From positions 8,019 to 72,018 of the forward strand of contig CAWBKP010000002.1 in NCBI GenBank assembly GCA_963789395.1: a stretch of DNA of 64,000 bases. Direction: 5' to 3'. Under the pieces are notes generated by a model that was given only the letters and a program-made list of their open reading frames with translations, did not search any database and was not told the DNA's origin. Made by a program: the position numbers and the translations under genes. The stretch is from an uncultured delta proteobacterium. Its GTDB lineage: Bacteria > Desulfobacterota > Desulfobacteria > Desulfobacterales > Desulfatirhabdiaceae. Below, piece after piece: positions 1 to 9,180 of this stretch. Numbering within the stretch: the first letter of the stretch is position 1; each line of letters begins with the position of its first letter.

Positions 1-2
1 AT

Positions 3-440
3 TATACATTTGCCACGGCTGGCGCCAAAACGCTGTATGCCTGGGCAAAAGATGCTGCAGGGAACATATCGGCAAGCCGTTCGGCAAATGTAATCATAAC
101 GATTTCAGCGGGCGCGGCGGATATATCGACTGAGGATGCTTTGGATTTGGGTAATGTCAGAGTTAACAATTCGGTGAATAAGACCCTTAAAGTCATAAAC
201 AAGGGAAATGCCAAACTCGCGGTGACAAAGATAAAAGTTGTCGGAGCCGATGCAACTGCATTTAAACCGTCAGTAACCCCATTCAGTGTGGATCCAGCCA
301 AAGAGTATTCCCTGCAGATATCCTTCAAACCGACTTCTCAGCGAACGTATACTGCAACGCTTAATATCCATTCCAATGATCCGGATACACCTGTGAAGGG
401 AATCGCCTTGAGTGGCAGAGGGACAAGAAGATGGATTTGA
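3..440 (+). CDS. 5'-truncated surface/secreted protein: Ig-like module followed by ASH/choice-of-anchor-D-like beta-sandwich
   Basis: Frame 3 is open from the window edge: YTFATAGAKTLYAWAKDAAGNISASRSANVIITI, then LDLGNVRV..KTLKVINKGNAKLAVTKI..ISFKPTSQRTYTATLNIHSNDPDTP..IALSGRG, the typical ASH-domain pattern. Confidence 0.75.
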   Translation, partial: YTFATAGAKTLYAWAKDAAGNISASRSANVIITISAGAADISTEDALDLGNVRVNNSVNKTLKVINKGNAKLAVTKIKVVGADATAFKPSVTPFSVDPAKEYSLQISFKPTSQRTYTATLNIHSNDPDTPVKGIALSGRGTRRWI

Positions 441-528
441 TTTTCTGGAGCTATTCGGAATCAAAAACAATTATTACAGGTGCCGGTATTTTTGCCGTCA
501 CCGTAACCCAAACCAATGGAGGTAATTC

Positions 529-1815
529 ATGCGAATAGGACGAAGAGAATTTTTGAAGTATTGTATCGGTTCAGCGGCTGCTCTGGGGCTTCCCCTGTCG
601 GCGCTGGGGAACCTGGAAAAGGCATTTGCTGCGGGAACGCTTCCAACTGTTGTCTGGCTAAACGGCGCCAACTGCACCGGATGCACGGTCTCCCTGGCCA
701 ACAGATTCAGCAGCCAGGCGCCGACCGATATCGCCGATCTGCTGGTCAATACCATTGATCTGGCTTTTCACCCGAACCTGATGGGGGCGGTAGGAGATTC
801 TGCAGTGGACATTCTGAAACAGGCCACCTCAGGGGATTTTATCCTTGCCGTGGACGGCGGTATTCCCACGGCATTCGAGGGAAACGCTTGCATGGTCTGG
901 ACGGAAAACGGACAAGAAGTCACGGCTCTGAAGGCGGTGCAGACCCTCGCCCCGAAAGCTAAGGCGGTGGTGAGCGTCGGCACCTGCGCCAGCTTCGGAG
1001 GCGTTCCTGCCGGTAACCCGAATCCCACCGGGATCAAAAGCGTTCGCGACGCGTCCGGAAGATCCACCATCAATATTCCGGGGTGTCCCACCCATCCCGA
1101 CTGGATCGTCTGGACGGTAGCCCAGCTTCTGTCCGGAACCACAGTGGCGCTGGATTCTTATGGAAGACCGGCCACTCTTTTCAGTTCGGAAAATATGAAC
1201 GTTCATGAGCGATGTCCCCGGGATGATTCAGGAGAGGCCCAAAATTTTGGAGAAGAGGGGCGGTGCCTCAAGGAGCTTGGCTGCAAGGGGCCCAGAACCC
1301 AGGCGGACTGCCCGGTGCGAAAATGGAACAGCGGAACCAACTGGTGCATCGGAGCCAACGCAATGTGCCTGGGATGCACTGAAAGCGGATTTCCGGACAA
1401 ATTCTCCCCATTTTATACCAAGAGCTATACCTATTCGGAATTCAAAAAGACTGACGGTACGGATACAACACCTCCCACGATGAATGTGTTTGCCATTCCG
1501 TCGACAGCAAACTCGCTTTCGGTAACTGCGACCCTCTCAGCCACGGACAATATGGGAGTGACAGGCTATTTGCTGACAGAGACATCCGCAAAACCTTCAG
1601 TAACGACAGCCGGATGGAAATCGACAAGCCCTCTGACTTATACATTTGCATCGGCAGGCGTCAAAACGTTGTATGCTTGGGCCAGGGATGCGGCCGGAAA
1701 TATTTCCAACAGTCTTAAAGGCTCGGTCACAATCACACTGTCTACTCGTGGTACACGACCACAGCCGGATCGTGGTACACGACCACAGCCGGATCGTGGT
1801 ACACGAACGCGTTGA
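529..1815 (+). CDS. [NiFe]-hydrogenase small subunit (group 1, Tat signal) with C-terminal Ig-like extension
   Basis: RREFLK Tat motif; CTGC, GTCA, PGCP, HERC, CL, GCKGP, DCP and WC..C..C cluster ligands; RBS GGAGG upstream. Confidence 0.93.
   Translation: MRIGRREFLKYCIGSAAALGLPLSALGNLEKAFAAGTLPTVVWLNGANCTGCTVSLANRFSSQAPTDIADLLVNTIDLAFHPNLMGAVGDSAVDILKQATSGDFILAVDGGIPTAFEGNACMVWTENGQEVTALKAVQTLAPKAKAVVSVGTCASFGGVPAGNPNPTGIKSVRDASGRSTINIPGCPTHPDWIVWTVAQLLSGTTVALDSYGRPATLFSSENMNVHERCPRDDSGEAQNFGEEGRCLKELGCKGPRTQADCPVRKWNSGTNWCIGANAMCLGCTESGFPDKFSPFYTKSYTYSEFKKTDGTDTTPPTMNVFAIPSTANSLSVTATLSATDNMGVTGYLLTETSAKPSVTTAGWKSTSPLTYTFASAGVKTLYAWARDAAGNISNSLKGSVTITLSTRGTRPQPDRGTRPQPDRGTRTR
1746..1806 (+). 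repeat. 24-nt tandem repeat x2.5 (TCGTGGTACACGACCACAGCCGGA) encoding RGTRPQPD
   Basis: Exact copies at 1746-1769 and 1770-1793, partial copy at 1794-1806. Confidence 0.95.
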
Positions 1816-1821
1816 TTGTGA

Positions 1822-2085
1822 GTGAAAAAGTCTGAGAAACAAACCCTTAGAGCAATAAACAATGGAAAAACAGAGCTGACGGTGTCAAAGATCGAAAGGG
1901 TCGGAGCCGATGCTTCTGACTTTAGCCTGTCTACCAGTTCATTTAATGAGGTGCCATTGGAAGCGCATGTTCTGAAGATTGAATTCAAGAAAACGGCAAA
2001 GCGTTCGAATGCTGCATCGTCCAGTATCTATTCCAATAATCCGGGTGTGCCGGTGAAAATATATCCTCAAGCGATAGAGGGATAG
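1822..2085 (+). pseudogene. Degenerate ASH-like domain remnant, in frame with the small subunit beyond two TGA stops
   Basis: QTLRAINNGKTELTVSKIERVGADASDF aligns with KTLKVINKGNAKLAVTKIKVVGADATAF of the upstream gene; shared DNA gtcggagccgatgc. Confidence 0.65.
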
Positions 2086-2198
2086 ATGATGAGACGCTTT
2101 TTGCAAATTAAATCATGCTGGGTGAGCTTCAATTATCTTGCCGTTATTCTTATCTGCGCCTTTTGACAGACATATTTTTAATACGAAAGGATTATAGC

Positions 2199-3635
2199 AT
2201 GGGAACAATAACAATTATGGATCCGGTGACCCGGATAGAAGGACATATGAAGGTAGAGGTAACCATCGATACACTGAACGGCCAGCAGCAGATCGTTGAT
2301 GCGCGATGCACCGGAACCTTGTTCCGGGGATTTGAGACGTTGCTTACCGGCCGAAATCCCCTGGATGCCCCGGTCATTACCCAGCGGGTTTGCGGAGTCT
2401 GTCCCATTTCCCACGGGCTGACCTCGGTTCTTGCCCTTGAAAACGTTTCCGAATGGCTGCCGCCCACAAATGCCAGGCTCCTTCGTAACCTCACGCTGGG
2501 GGCCAATTATCTTCAGTCCCACATTCTGCATTTTTATCTGCTGGCAGCCCTCGATTACGTCTCCGGTCCCAACGCTTCTCCCTGGAAGCCGGCCTGGGTC
2601 GGTGGACATGAGAAGCGGACTCGACCCAGTGGCAGCCAACCTGGGCAAGGCGCTTGAGGCAAGGCGCCGGGCACATGAAATGGGAGCGGTTTTCGGCGGA
2701 AAGATGCCCGCCTCCCATGCTTTTATTCCCGGTGGTTTCACGGCCACTGCCACCACGGAGCGAATCAGCCAGTTCAGGACCCACTTGAATGCCCTGACCG
2801 ATTTTATCCGGAATATTTACATCCCGGATGTAATGGCGGTGGCAAATGTGTACGATGACTATTTCACCTGCGGGGTCGGCTGCAAGAACCTTCTGGCCTT
2901 CGGGGTGTTTCAGATGGATGATTTCAACCAGACATAAACTGTTTATCTTCCGGATACATCGAAAATGCCGGAGCTTCGGTATCAAACCTTGATCCCGCTC
3001 AGGTCACCGAATCGGTTGCTTACTCGTGGTATGCGGATCGGACAGACAAACTTGCTCCGGCGCAAGGGGTGACTGAACCGGTTTATCCCAAGGGAGAAGC
3101 CTATTCCTGGCTTAAAGCTCCAAGGCTTTCGGGAAAACCGTTTGAGGCTGGCCCTCTGGCCAGGATGTGGATAAACGGTGATTACCGGCAAGGGATTTCG
3201 GTCATGGATCGGCATGCGGCAAGGGCCCAGGAGGCCTTGAAGGTTGCCGAAGCGATGCAGGGCTGGCTCGATGGCCTGGCGCCCGGGAAGGTGTCCTACG
3301 ATAATGCCTTTGACCAGCGTTCCGGAGTGGGTGTCGGAATGTCCGAGGCGCCCCGGGGTGCACTGGGTCACTGGGTGAAGATCGTTTCCGGAAAGATTGC
3401 CCAATACCAGATCATCACCCCCACCTGCTGGAATGCTTCGCCCCGGGACGGAATGAATGTTCGGGGTCCCATGGAACAGGCGCTGATCGGCACACCTGTC
3501 ATTGACCCAAATAAGCCCATCGAAGCCCTTCGGGTCATTCACTCCTTTGATCCCTGTCTGTCCTGCGCGGTTCACGTAATGCGGCCTGATGAAAAACCGA
3601 CCGTGGTGTGGGCTGGCAATAGACCAGCTCTGTGA
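2199..3635 (+). CDS. [NiFe]-hydrogenase large subunit, split by frameshifts (~2597 and ~2935-2946, probably sequencing indels)
   Basis: DPVTRIEGH, L1 motif RVCGVC, YSWLKAPR, EAPRGALGHW, L2 motif DPCLSCAVH plus a cleavable C-terminal tail, spread over three frames. Confidence 0.9.
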
Positions 3636-3670
3636 GGAGAAGGACAATACCGAATAATGGAGGAACCGGA

Positions 3671-4104
3671 GTGAAGACGCTTGTCCTTGGAGTTGGAAAT
3701 CTGCTCATGGGCGATGATGGCGTGGGGGTTCACGCGGCTATCACCCTGTGCAGGGAAGGAGGGCTTGCCTGTGCGGAGATCCTCGAGGTTGGAACCGCCT
3801 TTCTTGACGCCATGCCGGCACTCGAAGTTGCAGACCGCATCGTCGTGATGGATGCGGTCTGCGCTGGAGAGGCCCCGGGGACCGTCTACCGGATTCCTCT
3901 TTCCCGATGTTCCGAAAACAGTTGCATTGCCTCTGTACATGGTTTGAGCCTTGTCCGGATACTGACCCTTACGGGAAACAGATCCCCGACGGCGTGGTTT
4001 TAGGGGTGGAGCCGGATTATATCGGCTGGTCGATGTCGCTTTCTCCCCGTGTGGAAAAAGCGCTTCCAAAACTCCTACAGGCGGTAAGGGAAGAAGTGAG
4101 ATAA
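3671..4104 (+). CDS. Hydrogenase maturation protease (HybD/HyaD family), frameshift ~3985
   Basis: LVLGVGNLLMGDDGVGV, DAV..GEAPG, SVH; C-terminus VVLGVEP..SLSPRV lies in another frame. Confidence 0.88.
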
Positions 4105-4223
4105 ATCCTTACTATTGAATTGTTTCGGCGCTTCAAGATTCAGTTTGACTTCATATGAACATAATGTGAGATGATAGAAAAATCTATATTTCAAACTTCA
4201 AGTTGTGTCTCAGGTGGAAAGAT

Positions 4224-4418
4224 ATGTTTTCAGGCCTTTTTTCACCGATGCATCTTATTGTTATACTGGTCATCGTTTTGATCATTTTTGGACCCGGAAA
4301 ACTTCCCGAGTTGGGAAATTCACTGGGAAAGTCCATAAAGAATTTTAAAAAGGCGGTGGATGATCCCGACGGAAAGTTGGATGCAGATTTGAAGATGAAA
4401 AGCATCGACGGCAAATAA
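4224..4418 (+). CDS. tatA: Twin-arginine translocase TatA/E subunit
   Basis: TM helix followed by FGPGKLPELGNSLGKSIKNFKK. Confidence 0.92.
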   Translation: MFSGLFSPMHLIVILVIVLIIFGPGKLPELGNSLGKSIKNFKKAVDDPDGKLDADLKMKSIDGK

Positions 4419-4750
4419 ATTTGAGTTTTGCGTCCAATCCGGCATGAATTCTACTTAGAAACGGCAGTGTTCCGGTGCCGTGGCATACGCCTTACCTCTC
4501 TGCCGCTCCCTGGAGATGACAGAAACAGGAAGTTTTGACCCGGTGCCCTTTTGTTCACGGAAACTCTCCAGAAAGGCCACATAGAGAAAGTCCTCTGAAG
4601 CTGATAAGTAACCAGCACTCCATCAGCATGTTGTCTTTCTGGGCGATTATAATGCGTCAAGGCATATTTTAAAGAAAAGGCCAGTGCACAGCTCCAGGTG
4701 TCTTTATGCCGATCATCTTGAAAAATGTTTTTAGGCACAGATGGCGAAAA

Positions 4751-6100
4751 TCAATTCCGGAAAACTGGAATCGATTCCTGAATTTTGGAAAGTTGACGGC
4801 TAAAGTGAATCGGGAATTTATCGGGGTGATCAAGTGCTTTATATGCGTCATCCAGATTTGAAAAACCGGTTTGAATTCTTTTCCGTATTTCCTGCAGGGT
4901 AGGGGGCGTTTGAATGCGCAGGCCGTTTTCCATTACTTTTATTAAAAGCGGCTCTGTTTTATCGATCCTTTCATTGCGGATGCCCAGAGTATCCGCAACA
5001 AATCTGCCGGTTCGGTCAGATTCCCGGAAAACCTGTTTTTCTCCGGCAAGTGTGATTTTCCCGGGGCTGTTTTTTTTGACGTTCCGGCCGTCGTATTGCG
5101 TTAATTTATAGACCATGTCCAGATAAGGCGTATCGGCGGATACCCCGAGCTTGGTGCCCACACCGAACTCATCGATGGCTGCTCCGCCCGATAATGCCTT
5201 TTCAATTTCGAATTCGTCGAATCCGCTGGTGGCGATAATCTGAACCTGATGCAGACCGGCCTCATTTAGAATCCGCCGGACTTTATTGCTGGCATCCACC
5301 ATTTCTCCGCTGTCGATTCGGACGCCTTTCAGTAGGTGCCCTTTACTGGCCATGTTCTGCGCGACTTTGGCCGCACATCGTGCTCCCTCAATCACATCAT
5401 GGGTATCGATCAGGAAAATACTGCTCTCCGGAAAGGACCGGGCATAGGCCTGGAATGCTTCTGTCTCGTTTCCAATCGCCAGAATAAAGGAATGTGCCAT
5501 GGTTCCTGAAACCGGTATGCCGTATTTCTTGCCGGCCAGCACGTTGCTGGTTCCGGCAAACCCGGAGATGTAGGCGCATCTGGCCACCTGCATTCCTGCG
5601 TCCAGGCCCTGGGTGCGGCGCAGTGAAAAATCAACGAGTGGTTTGCCCTTTGCCGCATGCACGCAGCGGAGCGCTTTTGTGGCGATGTTGGTTTGAAATC
5701 CCAGGGTATTGATTAAAAATGTTTCAACAATCTGAGCCTCGGCAATGGGGGCCGTGACTTCCATCAAAGGTTCGTCGGCAAAGCATATCGTTCCTTCGGG
5801 CATGGCCCAGACATCACCGCTAAACCGGAACCCGGAAAGGGACCGGATAAACGCTTCGGGAAACAGCTTCAGACTCTGAAGATACTCGATATCGGTCTGC
5901 GAGAAACGCATCCTCTCAAGGCCGTAGATGGCGTCTTCAAGGCCCGCTGCGACAAAAAATCCCCGGTTGAGCTTTGCGGATCCGCGGATAAACAGAGAAA
6001 ATGTTGCTTTTGATGCCAGACGGTTTTCCCTGTAAGCATGCATCATGGTCAGTTCATACAGATCCGTGAACAGGGGGCTGAGTGTTGTTTCTGTATTCAT
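4751..6100 (-). CDS. pncB: Nicotinate phosphoribosyltransferase
   Basis: LFTDLYELTM, DFSLRRTQG, GTSNV, GTMAHS, RIDSG and GVGT motifs. Confidence 0.92.
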   Translation of the reverse strand: MNTETTLSPLFTDLYELTMMHAYRENRLASKATFSLFIRGSAKLNRGFFVAAGLEDAIYGLERMRFSQTDIEYLQSLKLFPEAFIRSLSGFRFSGDVWAMPEGTICFADEPLMEVTAPIAEAQIVETFLINTLGFQTNIATKALRCVHAAKGKPLVDFSLRRTQGLDAGMQVARCAYISGFAGTSNVLAGKKYGIPVSGTMAHSFILAIGNETEAFQAYARSFPESSIFLIDTHDVIEGARCAAKVAQNMASKGHLLKGVRIDSGEMVDASNKVRRILNEAGLHQVQIIATSGFDEFEIEKALSGGAAIDEFGVGTKLGVSADTPYLDMVYKLTQYDGRNVKKNSPGKITLAGEKQVFRESDRTGRFVADTLGIRNERIDKTEPLLIKVMENGLRIQTPPTLQEIRKRIQTGFSNLDDAYKALDHPDKFPIHFSRQLSKIQESIPVFRN

Positions 6101-6113
6101 AAAAACTCGAGGC

Positions 6114-6356
6114 TTATTGAGATTGACGGTCCTGCTGCAACATTGACCAATGATGCGGTTGATCGGGAAAAACCGCCTGCACGCGTCCGATCTGGCCACT
6201 GTCCAGGCGGACTTTGATTCCGCGGGAATGATAGGCGGCCGATGTCAGGATGTCCTTGACAATCCCGGTGGTGCGTTTGCCGGTTCGCTGATCCGCTTTC
6301 AAAATAATCTCGACATGTGCACCGGTACGAATCTCATTTCGGTGTTGCCCGTTCAT
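6114..6356 (-). CDS. YwbE family protein
   Basis: VEIILKADQRTGKRTTGIVKDILT...HSRGIKVRLDSGQIGRVQ signature. Confidence 0.85.
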   Translation of the reverse strand: MNGQHRNEIRTGAHVEIILKADQRTGKRTTGIVKDILTSAAYHSRGIKVRLDSGQIGRVQAVFPDQPHHWSMLQQDRQSQ

Positions 6357-6519
6357 TATGTTTTTTCCTCAGGTTGGTATTAACGTCACTTCATACCGCT
6401 ATGTCATAAAATCCTTGCGGCAACGAACATCCTCAGCATGGCAAAAGCCAATGCCGGTTTGACGGCAACGCATGAGAGCAGTTTCAGCCAGGCGCCGATT
6501 CCCGTTTTGCCGGCCCGTG

Positions 6520-9180
6520 TCATGCGGTTGAATTTTGATCCTCCGGATCGCAGGGGATGCCGGTGTCTGAAGCTGCAACCGGGGGTTCCGTCATCTTGCG
6601 AATAAGTCGTGCGGGAAGAGTGGAAAAACCGCTGATGATCGCCATAACCACTGAGGCCGAATAAGGAATCGACTGGACAAGAAGAACCATGAGCCACATG
6701 AACACATCCGGTGTATCCGATCCCTGCCGCGCGGCCACGGTGAAGAGGGAGAGCCAGAGGGCCAGGGCGAGCAATCCCTCTTCGCGGGCCGATTGCAGCG
6801 CTTGAAACAGGGCATGGGTACTGGCCAGTTTCGGGGTCCGGAAAAAAGGAATGGTCTTGGTGAAAATTCCGAGCAGGATGGCTTTGGAGATGGTGTGTGA
6901 AAGAGACAGGCCGGCCAGGGCGGAAGCAACGGTCTGGGTGATGTTTGCGCCGACCCTGCTCCGGTACAGATAGATCATTTTCGCCACCTTGAAGATGAAA
7001 AGCGACATCGGCATCACGGAAAGAATGACAAGGGGCGGATCGAATTTCAGGGGAAGCAGGCACATGGCCAGGGACCAGAGCAGCGCGGATATCGTAAAGA
7101 GCAGGTTGATGCTGTCCGCCATCCAGGGCAGCCAGCCGGCGATGAAATGGTAACGCTGGCCATAGGTCAGATCGGACCGGCCGGACAGGAGCAGCCTTGC
7201 GGCATGGCGGCGCAGAATCTGCATCGCGCCGTAAGCCCAGCGGAAACGCTGCTTTTTAAAGTCGATAAAGGTGTCTGGCATGACCCCCTGTCCGTAACTT
7301 CTATGGGTGTAGGCGGCTTCGTACCCTTTTTCAAATATTTTAAGTCCCAGCTCGGCATCTTCCGTGATGCACCATTCTGCCCAGCCATCCACTTCCTCCA
7401 GCGTTGATTTCCGGACCATGGTCATGGTGCCGTGCTGAATAATGGCGTTTCGTTCGTTGCGGGTCAGCATTCCGATATAAAAAAAACCTCTGTATTCCGC
7501 GTAGCACATTGCCTTGAACATGCTCTCGCCGTCATCCCGGTAATCCTGGGGCGCCTGAACAATGGCAACCGAGGGCTTGACAAACTGGCTGGCCAGGTCT
7601 CGAAGCCAATTGGGTTCAACCACATAGTCGCTGTCAATGACCGCAATTACATCGACATCCGGAGCAGTCCTGGCAAGCGCAAAATTTAGGGCCCCGGCTT
7701 TAAAACCCGCCAGCGGACTCACATGAAAAAAACGAAAGCGGTATCCGAGTTTGGCGCAGTGGGCCTTGATCGGTTGCCAGACCAGTGGATCCCGGGTATT
7801 GTTGTCGATGACCAGGACTTCGAAAAACGGGTAATCCAGCTGCGACAGGGCATTGAGGGTTTCCATCAGCATTTCAGGCGGCTCATTGTAGGCTGGTACG
7901 TGCACGGAAACCATGGGCAGGTCTTTATCGGGAACCACGATCGGCGTGAATGGCCTGCGTCTGGTCGACCATGAAGCTTCGGCCCATTCATGGGCTTCAG
8001 TAAGAAGCACCACAACGACGCCGATCATGCCGAGGATCATCAGCAGGCCGACCAGACCCGTGGTCACCGTGATATACTGCCGGGTATAGCTGTAAACAAT
8101 CCAGACACCGGCTGTGGCTGCAGAAAAAGCGATGAGCCCCAGAAAGCTTCGGCCGCGGTTCCGAAGTGTTCTGCTGTCAATCAGAAGCAGTGCAAACGTG
8201 ATGATCGCGATCGCCACCGAGATTGCGGCAAGGGTGCGCCATTCGGGAATCTCAACAATGGGAGTTGTCAAAGGAAATTTGGGTTGGCGATTTACATCAA
8301 AGACCCCCCAATAGGCGCCGACCGATCCCTCTGTGACCGACTTCCATGGCTGATCAAATGCTTCCATCACATAATAGATATATTTTTCCTGCTCGGCACG
8401 GGCGATAAACCGCCGCAGAAAAGTGGCCTCATTTGATGTGGACGCCACGGCAGATTTACGGGTTCTGCCATTGCTGGGCCAACCCACTTCGGTAATGACA
8501 ACGGGTTTGTTCGGAAAGGCCTCTTTCAGCAGATTGACGTGATCAACGATATAACCCACTGCCTGTTCCATCTGAATGCCTTCCCAGTAAGGGAGCATAT
8601 GCGTTGCAACATAATCCACATGTTCGCCGAGTTCCGGGTGCTTGATCCAGATGTGCCAGGGTTCCGCCGTGCTCACCGGAACACGTCTGCCTGTTTCGCG
8701 AATACCTGCCCGAACCCGATCGATATAGCCGGCAAGCTCTTCGCTGGTGACTTCTTCGCGAAGCAAAGACTCGTTTCCAACCACAACCCGCACAACATTG
8801 CGCCAATTTTCGCGGGTTAACTGAATCACAGATGCGATCTCAGCCTCATTCCGCTCGATGTCCGCACTGATCCATGCCCCCAAAGTGATATTCAGCTTGT
8901 GTTTTCTCGCCAGAGCCGGAATTTTGGCCTGCACGCCCTGCACGGTATATGTGCGGACGGCGTTGGTCTTGTCTGCCAGCAGGGCCAGATCGGAATCGAT
9001 TTCGGCCTCGGTTGGCATCACCCCATCAATGGCGCTCTGCCCTTGCTGAAACGGAGAAAATGAAAACCCCTGAATCCGGGAAGGCCAGGGCGGTTCCTGC
9101 TCGGGCCGATTCAGCAGAGCCCAAAAACTGATACAGATGATGGCAATAGCGGTACAGATCAGAAAATTGATTCTCGACAT
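6520..9180 (-). CDS. GH17-like plus GT2 fusion, NdvB-like beta-(1,3)-glucan (cyclic periplasmic glucan) synthase
   Basis: N-terminal VVVGNE / ITEVGWPS / EAFDQPWK (GH17); C-terminal KAGALN, DSD, ITEDAELG, QRFRW (processive GT2); several TM segments. Confidence 0.85.
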   Translation of the reverse strand: MSRINFLICTAIAIICISFWALLNRPEQEPPWPSRIQGFSFSPFQQGQSAIDGVMPTEAEIDSDLALLADKTNAVRTYTVQGVQAKIPALARKHKLNITLGAWISADIERNEAEIASVIQLTRENWRNVVRVVVGNESLLREEVTSEELAGYIDRVRAGIRETGRRVPVSTAEPWHIWIKHPELGEHVDYVATHMLPYWEGIQMEQAVGYIVDHVNLLKEAFPNKPVVITEVGWPSNGRTRKSAVASTSNEATFLRRFIARAEQEKYIYYVMEAFDQPWKSVTEGSVGAYWGVFDVNRQPKFPLTTPIVEIPEWRTLAAISVAIAIITFALLLIDSRTLRNRGRSFLGLIAFSAATAGVWIVYSYTRQYITVTTGLVGLLMILGMIGVVVVLLTEAHEWAEASWSTRRRPFTPIVVPDKDLPMVSVHVPAYNEPPEMLMETLNALSQLDYPFFEVLVIDNNTRDPLVWQPIKAHCAKLGYRFRFFHVSPLAGFKAGALNFALARTAPDVDVIAVIDSDYVVEPNWLRDLASQFVKPSVAIVQAPQDYRDDGESMFKAMCYAEYRGFFYIGMLTRNERNAIIQHGTMTMVRKSTLEEVDGWAEWCITEDAELGLKIFEKGYEAAYTHRSYGQGVMPDTFIDFKKQRFRWAYGAMQILRRHAARLLLSGRSDLTYGQRYHFIAGWLPWMADSINLLFTISALLWSLAMCLLPLKFDPPLVILSVMPMSLFIFKVAKMIYLYRSRVGANITQTVASALAGLSLSHTISKAILLGIFTKTIPFFRTPKLASTHALFQALQSAREEGLLALALWLSLFTVAARQGSDTPDVFMWLMVLLVQSIPYSASVVMAIISGFSTLPARLIRKMTEPPVAASDTGIPCDPEDQNSTA

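Noticed and set aside
1746..1806. Mini CRISPR array
   Set aside because: The repeats are contiguous with no spacers, lie within a CDS, and no cas genes are present.
1813..1821. Selenocysteine read-through of the in-frame TGA codons joining the small subunit to the ASH domain
   Set aside because: Two TGAs at non-catalytic linker positions, no recognisable SECIS hairpin directly 3', and the downstream domain looks degenerate.
3540..3580. [NiFeSe] hydrogenase call
   Set aside because: The L2 motif has TGT (Cys), not TGA.
4490..4630. Glycine, fluoride or Moco riboswitch, or 6S RNA
   Set aside because: Only fragments resemble the consensus (e.g. CTGGAGAG without CCGAAG), and the region lies between convergent 3' ends with no downstream gene to regulate.
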